DNA of 64,000 nt from IMG/VR virus record IMGVR_UViG_3300005758_000087, positions 1 to 64,000 of that record. The stretch is one strand, 5' to 3'. Both the position numbers and the translations under genes were made by a program. The notes beneath the pieces are model-generated. The model saw nothing but the letters and a program-made list of their open reading frames with translations. It was not told the DNA's origin and did no database searches. Below are positions 49,064 through 58,243 of this stretch, piece by piece (positions within the stretch are counted from its first letter, which is position 1; every line of letters begins with the position of its first letter). The stretch is from a virus (lineage: Duplodnaviria > Caudoviricetes).

Positions 49064-50164
49064 TTAGCAAGAATAATCTATATCCACAGTAATTAGTCCG
49101 GTTGCTGCATCAGGTGTATTTGTTTTAGCATCGAATGAAACTAAAACCTTTGAGCCTGGATTTTCATCTGTGCCGTTATCTGTAAAGTCTAATGCAAACT
49201 TGTTAGATATTGTAGATGCTTTAACATCAGAACTAGGATCTTCCTTATCTAATACAATACTCATTTGTCCAATAGTTAAATTGGCCTCGTCTGCATCAAC
49301 TAAAGTACATATGCCTGCAGCATATACTGTTCCGGTAGTGGATAATCCTAAACCATCCCTAGTAGCAACGAAAATTTTGCCTTCGCCAGCATCAGGTCCT
49401 GCACCCAAAGCTTGCCAATCAGTATTACCTACGGATCTAATGTAGTATGTACCTCCGGCAGCAATATGCTCGTCATTGACAGTATCTTCTTTTACTACTA
49501 AAAACTTCTTCTTACCTTTCTGACGTATTATGTATCCGTCATCAGGAGCAGCAACTGTTATTCTTTCACCATTAAGTGCTATTGCTGCGTCGTCTGTTAA
49601 TGTAATTGTTTCTTCTTGAATTGCAGTTGTTGTAACTGTATCGTCTGTTAGTGGTAGTACTGCGCCACCAATAGTTGCACTGACAGTAAAAGTTGTTCCA
49701 CTGGCAACTGTCTTTACGAAGTAAACAGTGCCGGCTACCAATCCACCTATGTTTGCACCAAACACTACAGAACCGTCGGCTACCAATCCGGTTGTATCAT
49801 CTACGGTTACTGTGTCAGTAGAAGCAGTTGTTGCTGAAGTTGTCATACTTACGGTTGTGCTTTCAGATAAAACAGCTCCCACCAACGTACCGTTAAAGTA
49901 TATTAATGCGTCACCGTCTAGTTCGCCGGAGTTTAGTGTTCCTGCATTTCTTGAACTAATTACTGGAGAACTGGTGCTTGCATAGTAGCTTCCATACCAA
50001 GCTTCTGCTACACAAACCTTAGGATAAGCAGCAACATCTTCTACTCCGCCTACTACACCCACTGCAGAGGTAGTAAAGCCATTGTCGGTAGTGCCATCGT
50101 TAGGATAACCAAGATCCACATCTACTGATCCATTTGTTTTATAAATTTTTAAAGGGCGTCCCAT
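49064..50164 (-). CDS. Putative virion structural protein
   Basis: 366 aa, T/G/D-rich; MGRPLK N-terminus; strong AAGGAG RBS; own promoter and terminator. Confidence 0.6.
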   Translation of the reverse strand: MGRPLKIYKTNGSVDVDLGYPNDGTTDNGFTTSAVGVVGGVEDVAAYPKVCVAEAWYGSYYASTSSPVISSRNAGTLNSGELDGDALIYFNGTLVGAVLSESTTVSMTTSATTASTDTVTVDDTTGLVADGSVVFGANIGGLVAGTVYFVKTVASGTTFTVSATIGGAVLPLTDDTVTTTAIQEETITLTDDAAIALNGERITVAAPDDGYIIRQKGKKKFLVVKEDTVNDEHIAAGGTYYIRSVGNTDWQALGAGPDAGEGKIFVATRDGLGLSTTGTVYAAGICTLVDADEANLTIGQMSIVLDKEDPSSDVKASTISNKFALDFTDNGTDENPGSKVLVSFDAKTNTPDAATGLITVDIDYSC

Positions 50165-50179
50165 TTTGTTTTGTCTCCT

Positions 50180-50250
50180 TTATGTTAGACGTTCTAGGTC
50201 CTACGCGGTTGGGGAACCGCATAAGTCTCCCATATAGAGAGAGAACATAA
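50180..50250 (-). ncRNA. Structured 5' leader RNA (candidate cis-regulatory element)
   Basis: Hairpins UCUCUC/GGGAGA and CUUAUGCGGUU/AACCGCGUAGG with G-U pairs only on the mRNA strand; alternative closing stems next to the RBS. Confidence 0.5.
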
Positions 50251-50257
50251 GTATTTA

Positions 50258-51451
50258 TTAAATTTGGGTGAGATTTATTTGATACGTGTTTCCACTGCCG
50301 CTATCAGTTAAAAATATTCCATCAGCATTTGCAAACATAGACCAACTGTTGGCTCCGGAATCATAAAACAAATTAGCGGTGTTTACTGAAACAACATTAC
50401 TTATAATATTATCAGCAACCTCGACGTTGCCGGCATTTATGTTTCCGGAAACATTAGCATTGTTGACAACAGTAATACTTGTAAAACTAGCCAAATTTGG
50501 AGCTGAACACCCAATAGCACCGTTAAAGGAACCTAAAACGTTTCCTAATATGTTAGTAGCATCGACGTTGCCGGTTACAGTTAGAACATTGGTTACTTTA
50601 TTAAAAGTTAAATTCGAGCTGGCCCCGAAACTTCCACCGTCATTAAACTGAACTTGTGTGTTACTGCCATTAACTACTGCGTTTCCTACCGGGGCGATTT
50701 GACCTAAAATGTTTGCACTATTGGCGGTGTATCCGGCCCATATAGGATTATAAGTAACTAAACTAGATGTAGCAGCAACATTAGATTCATCATGAATACT
50801 AAAGGTGGTGTTGCTTAATCTTCTAGTAAAAAACTGATTGGTCCCAGCAACACCAGCAGTCTCTATACTAGACTGAACTGCACCGGAGGGCAAGACTCCG
50901 TTTATTGTTACTGAAGTACCTGTACCGAAAAAATGATCAGTGCTGGTAGTTACGATTGTTCCATCCGCAAAATTTGCACCATTTGCCGGACTAAATCCTA
51001 AAATTTTATATACTAATGATCCGTTAGTGGTCCAAGTTAAATTGCCGGTACCGTCAGTCTGCAATACATACCCGTTGATTCCTCCGGATATTTTTACATC
51101 ATTGATCTGTCCTAAATCGATTTCGCCACCAGCATTACCGCCTACGTTTACTATAGTAGCAATATTAGATGCTACGTTAATTCCTAATAATTGACCATTT
51201 TCAATATTGTTTAAATCTAAAGTAGTGTTACTAGACCCGTTTAATCTAGAAAAATCTAACGGGCTAGCTGTAGTTAAAATTTCAGTTTGTGTAGTTGCAC
51301 CTACAGTAACCGGAGGAACAATATTAGGATCATTACCTATATACACTCGTTGCTCATCTACTGCGAACCCAATTTCACCGATGTCTAGTTGTGGTAAATC
51401 AACGTTTGCCCCGGTTCTATGAATTATTTTTGAAATTTGATAAATGGCCAT
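50258..51451 (-). CDS. Tail-associated protein with an Mtd-N/hyaluronidase-N-like anchor
   Basis: LPQLDIGEIGFAVDEQRVYIGN N-terminal motif; GGINGYVLQTDGTGNLTW fibre repeat; GATAAATA at 51476-51483. Confidence 0.55.
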   Translation of the reverse strand: MAIYQISKIIHRTGANVDLPQLDIGEIGFAVDEQRVYIGNDPNIVPPVTVGATTQTEILTTASPLDFSRLNGSSNTTLDLNNIENGQLLGINVASNIATIVNVGGNAGGEIDLGQINDVKISGGINGYVLQTDGTGNLTWTTNGSLVYKILGFSPANGANFADGTIVTTSTDHFFGTGTSVTINGVLPSGAVQSSIETAGVAGTNQFFTRRLSNTTFSIHDESNVAATSSLVTYNPIWAGYTANSANILGQIAPVGNAVVNGSNTQVQFNDGGSFGASSNLTFNKVTNVLTVTGNVDATNILGNVLGSFNGAIGCSAPNLASFTSITVVNNANVSGNINAGNVEVADNIISNVVSVNTANLFYDSGANSWSMFANADGIFLTDSGSGNTYQINLTQI

Positions 51452-51488
51452 AATATAATCTTTGTTTGATTATATTATTTATCAACCA

Positions 51489-52175
51489 TTATAAGAACTT
51501 GGAATAGTATTGTTCGCAGCGGTCAAACCACTTCCCCACATAGTGTTGAAACTCATTTCCCTCAAGAATAAATTCCTGATAATTGAAATCTGCACTACAC
51601 ATAAAAATTACCCCCTTTTTTATGTTCGTGCCGTAGATTTCATTATGCGCTGTTGCATATGCTGCCAACTGTAGGAAATAATCGTCAATCCATTCTCTTT
51701 TTTTTGGTTTATTGGTTTGTTTGTGATCCATTATGGCTTCTTCACCATTATGTACACCGCACAAATCAGTTGTACCAGCATATATCTTTGGGAAGTATAA
51801 AGGCACTTCTATACCCCAATACTCGTTACAATTAATCAAACCTTTAGCAATAATTTCTTGTGCCATTTTGTGCGCTTGTATGCTGTACATATTACTACCT
51901 GCATCTTTGAGAATTCCGGTTCGAATGTAATCCTCAATAAATTTATGCATTCTTGTACCGCGGCCAGCAGCCTCAGTCGTTATCTCAGTAGCTTTTTTAT
52001 GTCCTACTCTATTTCGCCATTCATTTAGTGCTTTTTTGGCTTCCTCTGGTTTGGTTGCATCTAGAATTGTGGTAACACTGGGTAATTTTTCTCCGTCGGG
52101 AGTAGCGTATCTTCTAGCACCATCTTCGGTTACTCGGTTAATATTGATGTAATTAAATTTGTTTGGATTATACAT
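51489..52175 (-). CDS. PD-(D/E)xK exonuclease
   Basis: LPSVTTIL, RGTRMH, YAGTTDL, IMDHKQT, YFLQLAAYA.A. Confidence 0.85.
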   Translation of the reverse strand: MYNPNKFNYININRVTEDGARRYATPDGEKLPSVTTILDATKPEEAKKALNEWRNRVGHKKATEITTEAAGRGTRMHKFIEDYIRTGILKDAGSNMYSIQAHKMAQEIIAKGLINCNEYWGIEVPLYFPKIYAGTTDLCGVHNGEEAIMDHKQTNKPKKREWIDDYFLQLAAYATAHNEIYGTNIKKGVIFMCSADFNYQEFILEGNEFQHYVGKWFDRCEQYYSKFL

Positions 52176-52181
52176 AAAAAA

Positions 52182-52211
52182 ATTGTACTATATTTTTCAA
52201 CATAGTACAAT
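52182..52211. promoter_or_regulatory. Palindromic sigma70-like promoter / hairpin
   Basis: TTGTAC-17-TACAAT reads on both strands inside the inverted repeat AATTGTACTA..TAGTACAATT. Confidence 0.5.
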
Positions 52212-52219
52212 TTATATGG

Positions 52220-52561
52220 TTATAATTTTTTGATTTGTTTAGACGCCATTTGTTTTAACGTCTTTTCGTGATCGGGGGTTTTTCCCTGCTCAGGTTTGGA
52301 TTTGGGGACTTTATGTTCCTGACCCTTAAATACAACCTGATCATTATTTACATTAGAAATTATATTAACTAAGGGTTCTTTTTGCACTATATCAAATAAA
52401 TCTTCTTTATCTAGTATAATGTCTCTTGTTTTTAAAAAGTTTAAAAATTCGTCGGTAGACCAAGTTCTAGCTGAACCTTTTAGCTTTTCTTTAAGTTGAT
52501 TCGAGACCGCCATCAATTTAACACGTAGCGGATCTCGGTCATCAAATTCAAATAAACGCAT
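52220..52561 (-). CDS. Hypothetical protein, putative head-associated
   Basis: 113 aa starting MRLFEFD. Confidence 0.55.
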   Translation of the reverse strand: MRLFEFDDRDPLRVKLMAVSNQLKEKLKGSARTWSTDEFLNFLKTRDIILDKEDLFDIVQKEPLVNIISNVNNDQVVFKGQEHKVPKSKPEQGKTPDHEKTLKQMASKQIKKL

Positions 52562-52562
52562 T

Positions 52563-53285
52563 TTATTTACGTTCGGAACGTCCTACTCCGGCAACTGGTT
52601 CAGTTTCATCTGGTTCCTCTGGTAAATCAGGTAAATCAGAATCAGGTTCTTCTCCGCCCAAATCTTCCATATCTTCAGAATCGGATGCTTCTAGATCATC
52701 GTCTGAACCCATATCCATTTCAGGTTCAAACATACTGTCGCCCTGTCCAGTAATACTATTTAAAGAAGCCTGCAATGTTCCTTTACTTTGCGTAATAGCC
52801 GCCTGAAGTGAAGATAATGCTTCAGAAACCGAAGAGTTAAATTGCTCACCCTCTGTGGTTCCTACCTCACTGTTCACCCCGTCTACTACTGCAGGTAGCT
52901 CCTTGACTAGCATATCACTAACTTGTTCAACCATTTTTTGTAGGCTATCGACCATTTCTTGTGCAGCCAATATAACCTGAGATTTTTCAACTTCTTCGTT
53001 TTCTAATACAATACGTGTATTATATAAAGGAAGAGATTTTAATTCTCCGTAGTGATGTTGTAATGCTTGTTCCATAAATACCAACTTCAAATATGCAGGA
53101 TTTTGTTCGGTATTGATTCCATTACTGCTTTTGCGCATTTCGTTCATTAAGCCATTGACTTTTCTCATCATACGCTCGGTGTCATACAATGACATATTGT
53201 CTAAATTTATGCTAGTATCAAAGTGCTCTTTTAAAGCTTTTTTTGCTACTAAGCTTGGCTTAGCGTTAAATTCTGTAAGTTTCAT
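52563..53285 (-). CDS. Putative scaffold/core-like acidic helical protein
   Basis: MKLTEFN start; coiled coil; acidic tail; GATAAATA at 53312-53319. Confidence 0.5.
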   Translation of the reverse strand: MKLTEFNAKPSLVAKKALKEHFDTSINLDNMSLYDTERMMRKVNGLMNEMRKSSNGINTEQNPAYLKLVFMEQALQHHYGELKSLPLYNTRIVLENEEVEKSQVILAAQEMVDSLQKMVEQVSDMLVKELPAVVDGVNSEVGTTEGEQFNSSVSEALSSLQAAITQSKGTLQASLNSITGQGDSMFEPEMDMGSDDDLEASDSEDMEDLGGEEPDSDLPDLPEEPDETEPVAGVGRSERK

Positions 53286-53329
53286 AATTTTTCCCAAAGT
53301 TACATATTATATATTTATCTTCATTCAAC

Positions 53330-53806
53330 TTATTTTGAGGCATTCGCAAAATGCTTATATTGCCATTTTTTCACTTCTTTTGCATAATTATTAAGTTGAC
53401 CAATTATTTGTTTTTTTCTATTTTTGTCTTCTATTAATTTAACTTGATACAATCCCAAAGAGTCTATATTTTTTGTTTTCTTGATCAACGTAGAATGTAG
53501 ATGAATACTTGCCTCTGTTCCCTCTAATAACTTGTCTAGAACTAATATTTGATTGCATTCTATAATCTTATTACGTTTATCCAATGTAGCGTACATTACT
53601 GCGTTTCGCAATGAATAAAACTCTTTATTCAAATGTGTGTCAAAGCATGTTAATGTATACTTTGACGAGCGGTTTGGTTGAATCCTATATTTATTAAATA
53701 ACACGTACCCGTTACCATCTTGAATTATTGATATTCCGGAAAGTCCACTAAGTTCTTCTTCAGTTAGTAAACTTTTCAAAACAGTATACACATTTAAATC
53801 ATCCAT
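53330..53806 (-). CDS. Hypothetical protein
   Basis: 158-aa ORF. Confidence 0.55.
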   Translation of the reverse strand: MDDLNVYTVLKSLLTEEELSGLSGISIIQDGNGYVLFNKYRIQPNRSSKYTLTCFDTHLNKEFYSLRNAVMYATLDKRNKIIECNQILVLDKLLEGTEASIHLHSTLIKKTKNIDSLGLYQVKLIEDKNRKKQIIGQLNNYAKEVKKWQYKHFANASK

Positions 53807-54254
53807 TTTCTAATACCTCAAAATAGATATTTCTAAGTTCCGGAGTAGTATCTAAAAAATTAGGCAATTTTTCCCACTCAAAACCCGTTATTAGCATAGG
53901 AACCTCATTGCAATCATCATACAGATGTCCTAACGGTTGAATGCCATCATCAAACACATTTTTATGACTTACTGTAAAGTCAAAAACCGCACATTTTTGA
54001 TGATCTTCATTTTCGTATAAAAATCCAAATTTTTTAAATGTTTTAAAATCTATTGTGTCGGTGTTTACTGAAGATACATTTTCTGGTTGACTTCTTAATG
54101 AAATTATTTGTAAAATGGTATCTAAATTAATTTGGCGTTTTCTATTGTTGTTCCACTCGGTCAATCTTTCGGGATCTAAATCCGCAGGTGGCTTTCTGTT
54201 AGTAATTCCTGTATCTTTTACATCGAATAATGTATAGCAGCGAAATTGCGTCAT
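53799..54254 (-). CDS. Hypothetical protein
   Basis: 151-aa ORF; TATAAATA at 54260-54267. Confidence 0.6.
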   Translation of the reverse strand: MTQFRCYTLFDVKDTGITNRKPPADLDPERLTEWNNNRKRQINLDTILQIISLRSQPENVSSVNTDTIDFKTFKKFGFLYENEDHQKCAVFDFTVSHKNVFDDGIQPLGHLYDDCNEVPMLITGFEWEKLPNFLDTTPELRNIYFEVLENG

Positions 54255-54272
54255 ACAGTTATTTATAATGGT

Positions 54273-54302
54273 AAAAAAGCCCGAAAAATTCTCGGGCTTT
54301 TT
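54273..54302 (-). terminator. Intrinsic terminator
   Basis: AAAAAAGCCCGA...TCGGGCTTTTT. Confidence 0.85.
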
Positions 54303-54320
54303 GTTTATACGAAACTAATA

Positions 54321-54710
54321 TTAGTTAGTAAATGTTGCGCTAGCTACGATAGATACTGCTTCGCCTACTGCTGTAGTTAATGCAGCGTCTAGTGATCCGG
54401 CGCCAGTTGCAGTTACGTCACCCCATGCACCTGTTGGGTAGAATGCAACTGCTAGTGTATCGTCGGTAGCAGTTGTGAATTCGTACATGTAAACGGTTGC
54501 TAATTGTTGAATTGTGTCAATAGCAGCTTTGACTTGCGCACCAGTTGTGCTTGAACCAGTGAAAGTGATGGTTGCAAAGTCTAATTTTGGACCCATTGCG
54601 TTAACTACAACACCGCTTGTAACTGCATTAACTGCACCGGTGGTGTATGAGCTAGCGTCTACGTTCATTACTGGCTGAAAATCGCCATGTACTCTTGTTA
54701 CTTGTGCCAT
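54321..54710 (-). CDS. Small putative virion structural protein
   Basis: 129 aa, A/T/G/V-rich; strong GAGGA RBS; own terminator. Confidence 0.55.
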   Translation of the reverse strand: MAQVTRVHGDFQPVMNVDASSYTTGAVNAVTSGVVVNAMGPKLDFATITFTGSSTTGAQVKAAIDTIQQLATVYMYEFTTATDDTLAVAFYPTGAWGDVTATGAGSLDAALTTAVGEAVSIVASATFTN

Positions 54711-54790
54711 TTTATTTTCCTCTTAAAGTTTATTGAACCCTATAGGTTCTATTTTTATTTAGTCCAAAACTAAAAAAGTTTGGGTTTTGG

Positions 54791-55936
54791 TTAGGTTCTA
54801 GAAGCTAAATTTTGTCTACTGAACCCCAGTCTATCCACAAACTTGAATCCATAACTTACGAATCCTTCCTGAGTTTGCTGACCTGTTTGTAGATAACCTT
54901 TTACTGGACTACTCGCTGCCGCTTTATCTAATTGCGTTACAATATTCATTTTTAGTTTATACATTTCAGACCAAATTAAAAATGCACCAGCTAAACCTTC
55001 TTTATTCTCTGATAAATGGTACATTATTTTTTCTCTTACTGCATCAGACATAGGTCTAGATTGTATAAATTCAAGAAAATCTTTTACTAAATTAGATAAG
55101 TTGCCTGAAACCACTTTTCTGTTTATATAAACTGTAAATAAGTTGCTGTTAAACACACTTTTGGTTCCTGCAGGACCGATCAATAATTGATCTACGGCAG
55201 ATCCATATGCAGAAATTGCGTTCTCGCAATTTCTTAACATTTTTTCGTTTAACTTTAATTTTGGTGGGTTGGGCATAGCACTGGGAACTATAGCAACATT
55301 GCTATTATTTTTTAAATTTCCTATGCTGCCGTTCAAACTTGAAGCGTCATCTGTGCTTTGCGCGGTGACTGGTAAATACTGATGTACTGCTATTCCAGCT
55401 ACCTTATTAGTTAATAATTTACCTATTTCGCTATTTGTATCTACCGTATATGTAATTCCATTGGGATTAGCTCTGAATGTATAAAGACCATTATTTTCTT
55501 TTAATGGCTCACTGAACAGTAAATCACCCCAATAATATCCTAAACCCTGATCTTGCTTACTTAAGCCCGGCCAAATTTTTTCTAAAATTTGGTGCAATTG
55601 ACTCCTGTCTACACCACGCTGAATATCATACTGTTTAAACATTGCTGGACTATAGATATTTCTGGCTGCACCGTCTTTTTTATTGAACATGTGTTTATCC
55701 ATAATAGCAAATTTACCATTGCTTCCCCTACCAAAAATCAAAGCAGGGTAACCGTCCCATTTAATGGTTACTAAATTTGGATTTTTAACAGTGCTTGATA
55801 TTGCATTTAAGGCGGTTTTTGCATAGGAACTTCCACCAATAAAAATAGCGTCTTCTGGATGGTCTAAGTGCCCTTTAGCTTCAGTGATAATATTGGTTAT
55901 TTTATCCTGAAGTTCACGATATTCGAAAGAACTCAT
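54791..55936 (-). CDS. DUF6267-like protein with covalent-nucleotidyltransferase (ligase-like) motifs
   Basis: GHLDHPED, TIKWDG (KxDG motif I), QEGFV (motif IV) and FKFVDR (motif V-like). Confidence 0.5.
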   Translation of the reverse strand: MSSFEYRELQDKITNIITEAKGHLDHPEDAIFIGGSSYAKTALNAISSTVKNPNLVTIKWDGYPALIFGRGSNGKFAIMDKHMFNKKDGAARNIYSPAMFKQYDIQRGVDRSQLHQILEKIWPGLSKQDQGLGYYWGDLLFSEPLKENNGLYTFRANPNGITYTVDTNSEIGKLLTNKVAGIAVHQYLPVTAQSTDDASSLNGSIGNLKNNSNVAIVPSAMPNPPKLKLNEKMLRNCENAISAYGSAVDQLLIGPAGTKSVFNSNLFTVYINRKVVSGNLSNLVKDFLEFIQSRPMSDAVREKIMYHLSENKEGLAGAFLIWSEMYKLKMNIVTQLDKAAASSPVKGYLQTGQQTQEGFVSYGFKFVDRLGFSRQNLASRT

Positions 55937-56574
55937 TTTTTGTATTTTTTGGATTCAGTATAACCACGTACTATGTTTGAATTGTCATCTTGATCTACTC
56001 CAGTGGTTATTTCTTTATATAACTTTGTATAGGCTGCGGGGTTTTGTTTGTACAGCATAGCCATAGCTACTTTAGCTATCGTTTCTAAATCATCTAAATT
56101 GGCGGCACCTGACATTTGCTGTATAGAAGTCACTAATTGATTAGTTTTAGTAGAGAGAGCGGGTGCTGAATTACTCGCCGGCTGATTATTTAATGTAGGT
56201 TCTATTCTCTGCTGTTTTCTGGTCGCTTCCTTTTTTTCGCCCATTGTTAGTAAAAATTCGGCTAAAGAAACTACCTTTTCATTTGACGGGGTCGATCCAA
56301 ATGCATTTAATAACGTACCTAATTGTTGCAATTCTTCTCTGTCAGGCTGCCATCTGTAATCTCTTAAAAACTGTGCTACTGTGGATTTCGCTGCATCTAG
56401 TTGATTATCATAGTTTGATTTTTCTGATTTAAATTTTTCTTTAAACTTTTTGATAAATTTTTCTCGGAAAAGAATATTCAATGCTTCTTTTTCACCCGTG
56501 CCGGTCATCTTATACTGAAGCTTTTTAGCCCAATTTTTTATTGCAGATTCATTTACGATTTCGTCAAGCTTCAT
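55933..56574 (-). CDS. Hypothetical protein, putative capsid-internal
   Basis: 213 aa starting MKLDEIVNES. Confidence 0.55.
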   Translation of the reverse strand: MKLDEIVNESAIKNWAKKLQYKMTGTGEKEALNILFREKFIKKFKEKFKSEKSNYDNQLDAAKSTVAQFLRDYRWQPDREELQQLGTLLNAFGSTPSNEKVVSLAEFLLTMGEKKEATRKQQRIEPTLNNQPASNSAPALSTKTNQLVTSIQQMSGAANLDDLETIAKVAMAMLYKQNPAAYTKLYKEITTGVDQDDNSNIVRGYTESKKYKK

Positions 56575-56809
56575 CGTTTTTCCTTAAACTCTTGCTAAAT
56601 CTACCCTGATCTTTGGCTTTTATGGCATTAAGTAATTTTTTTTCTAAAATAGCCGCTTTTTCAGCATCATAATGCTTATTGATCATTTCTATTAAATTTA
56701 TGGCGCTTGTTATAATATTATGAGCCCTACTTTCAATGAGGTGTTTGGCGTCACGGTTCTGCCCAAGAGCTTCTAATTCTTCTAATAAACTACGGGTTTT
56801 TCGTTGCAT
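56564..56809 (-). CDS. Conserved hypothetical protein
   Basis: 81 aa, MQRKTRSLLEEL; GATAAATA at 56828-56835. Confidence 0.6.
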   Translation of the reverse strand: MQRKTRSLLEELEALGQNRDAKHLIESRAHNIITSAINLIEMINKHYDAEKAAILEKKLLNAIKAKDQGRFSKSLRKNDEA

Positions 56810-56833
56810 GATGATAGATCCTATTAGTATTTA

Positions 56834-58243
56834 TCACTTAGATAGATTATTAAGCAACGCTTTGAGCTTTGCAGACCCCACATCCGCTACTACTCGTGTA
56901 GTAGGAACATTTATCTCATCTTGTACCTTTTCGTTTGTAGTAACCTTAGCTACAGGTTTTAACTTACTTAGTATGTCATTTCCGCTAGGTTGTGGCTTTT
57001 GATAATTGGTACTTTCTTCGGGGTTAGGGTCAGTTATTCGAAGCGTTTCTACATCGAAAGCTAATTCAATTTTCTGACCAACTCCTGAACTGCTTCGAGT
57101 TTTCATTAACTGCAATTGATATTGTCCCCGTTCTCTCATACTGCGACTTGTGAAAATACCGAACACATTATCGGCAGTATTAATTTTAGAAATACCCCCC
57201 GAAATATGACTATGATCAAATTCAATTTCTTCTACTGCACTTCGATTAAGTTGAGAAGCGGTCACAAATAATACATTAAGTTCTTTAGCCAAATTACGCA
57301 ATTCTTCGGACACATACTTGTCTTTCACGAACAAATCACTAGGACTAACTTTTGCGGATACGGGCATCAGCAAATCCAAATAGTCTACACACAGGAAATC
57401 AACCTTCATACCAGTTTGAATTTCCAGTTCTTTGCAATATGCTCGTAGGTCGTTGACTGTGCTCTGAGCCGGCATATATTTAATCCGCAACTTTCCGGAT
57501 TTTTTAGACATCATTTTGACCTTCATTTCAACATCGTCAATTGATTTAAATATGTCTCTGCTACTTGTGTCAGTCATCATACTGTCTATACGCATAGAGC
57601 ATAGTCCTTCACTAAGTTCCAGTGTTACGTAAACACCGTTTAATCCTGCCTGTACCCAATTAACTGCAAGATTTTGCATAAACAAGCTTTTACCTGATCC
57701 TGACCCGCCTGCAAAAATTTGTAGTTCACCGCGATTAAACCCACCATATAACTTACTATCCATGCATGGCCAACCCGTACTATTTTGACCATTGTTTGAC
57801 TTTAAGTTCATTAGACGGGCTTTTGGGTCTAAGAAGTAATCGGTTCCCATATCTTTTTGCAAACTGATTTGAACCGCATCTTTGATTAATTTTTCAACCG
57901 GGTCGTAATTGCCTTTTTCTAGATAATCAGCAGCCTTTAATATAGCCCGTTCCAGTTCTTGCCGCCTTGTGAATTTCTCAAATTCATCCAAAAACCATTC
58001 ATAGTGCCCGTCGGTCAATTCTTCAATCGGTTCAATTTCTACACCAGTGACTGCTTTGATTTGATTGGTATCGGGCAAAACATTATATTTTTCTGTATGT
58101 TCTTTGAACAAATCCGCAACTTCTCTTAATGACTTATCAAAATTCAACGGATTAATTATGTTGGTTACTCTTGTGTATAGCTCAGAATTTGTGAGCATCA
58201 TACGCAAAAATAATTTTTGTATGTCTAGATTATACTCTACCAA
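56834..58243 (-). CDS. gp41: Replicative DnaB-like helicase (gp41-like)
   Basis: GGFNRGEL.IFAGGSGSGKS, CVDYLDL, TASQLNRS, HISGGISKINTAD, QLMKTR. Confidence 0.92.
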   Translation of the reverse strand: MVEYNLDIQKLFLRMMLTNSELYTRVTNIINPLNFDKSLREVADLFKEHTEKYNVLPDTNQIKAVTGVEIEPIEELTDGHYEWFLDEFEKFTRRQELERAILKAADYLEKGNYDPVEKLIKDAVQISLQKDMGTDYFLDPKARLMNLKSNNGQNSTGWPCMDSKLYGGFNRGELQIFAGGSGSGKSLFMQNLAVNWVQAGLNGVYVTLELSEGLCSMRIDSMMTDTSSRDIFKSIDDVEMKVKMMSKKSGKLRIKYMPAQSTVNDLRAYCKELEIQTGMKVDFLCVDYLDLLMPVSAKVSPSDLFVKDKYVSEELRNLAKELNVLFVTASQLNRSAVEEIEFDHSHISGGISKINTADNVFGIFTSRSMRERGQYQLQLMKTRSSSGVGQKIELAFDVETLRITDPNPEESTNYQKPQPSGNDILSKLKPVAKVTTNEKVQDEINVPTTRVVADVGSAKLKALLNNLSK

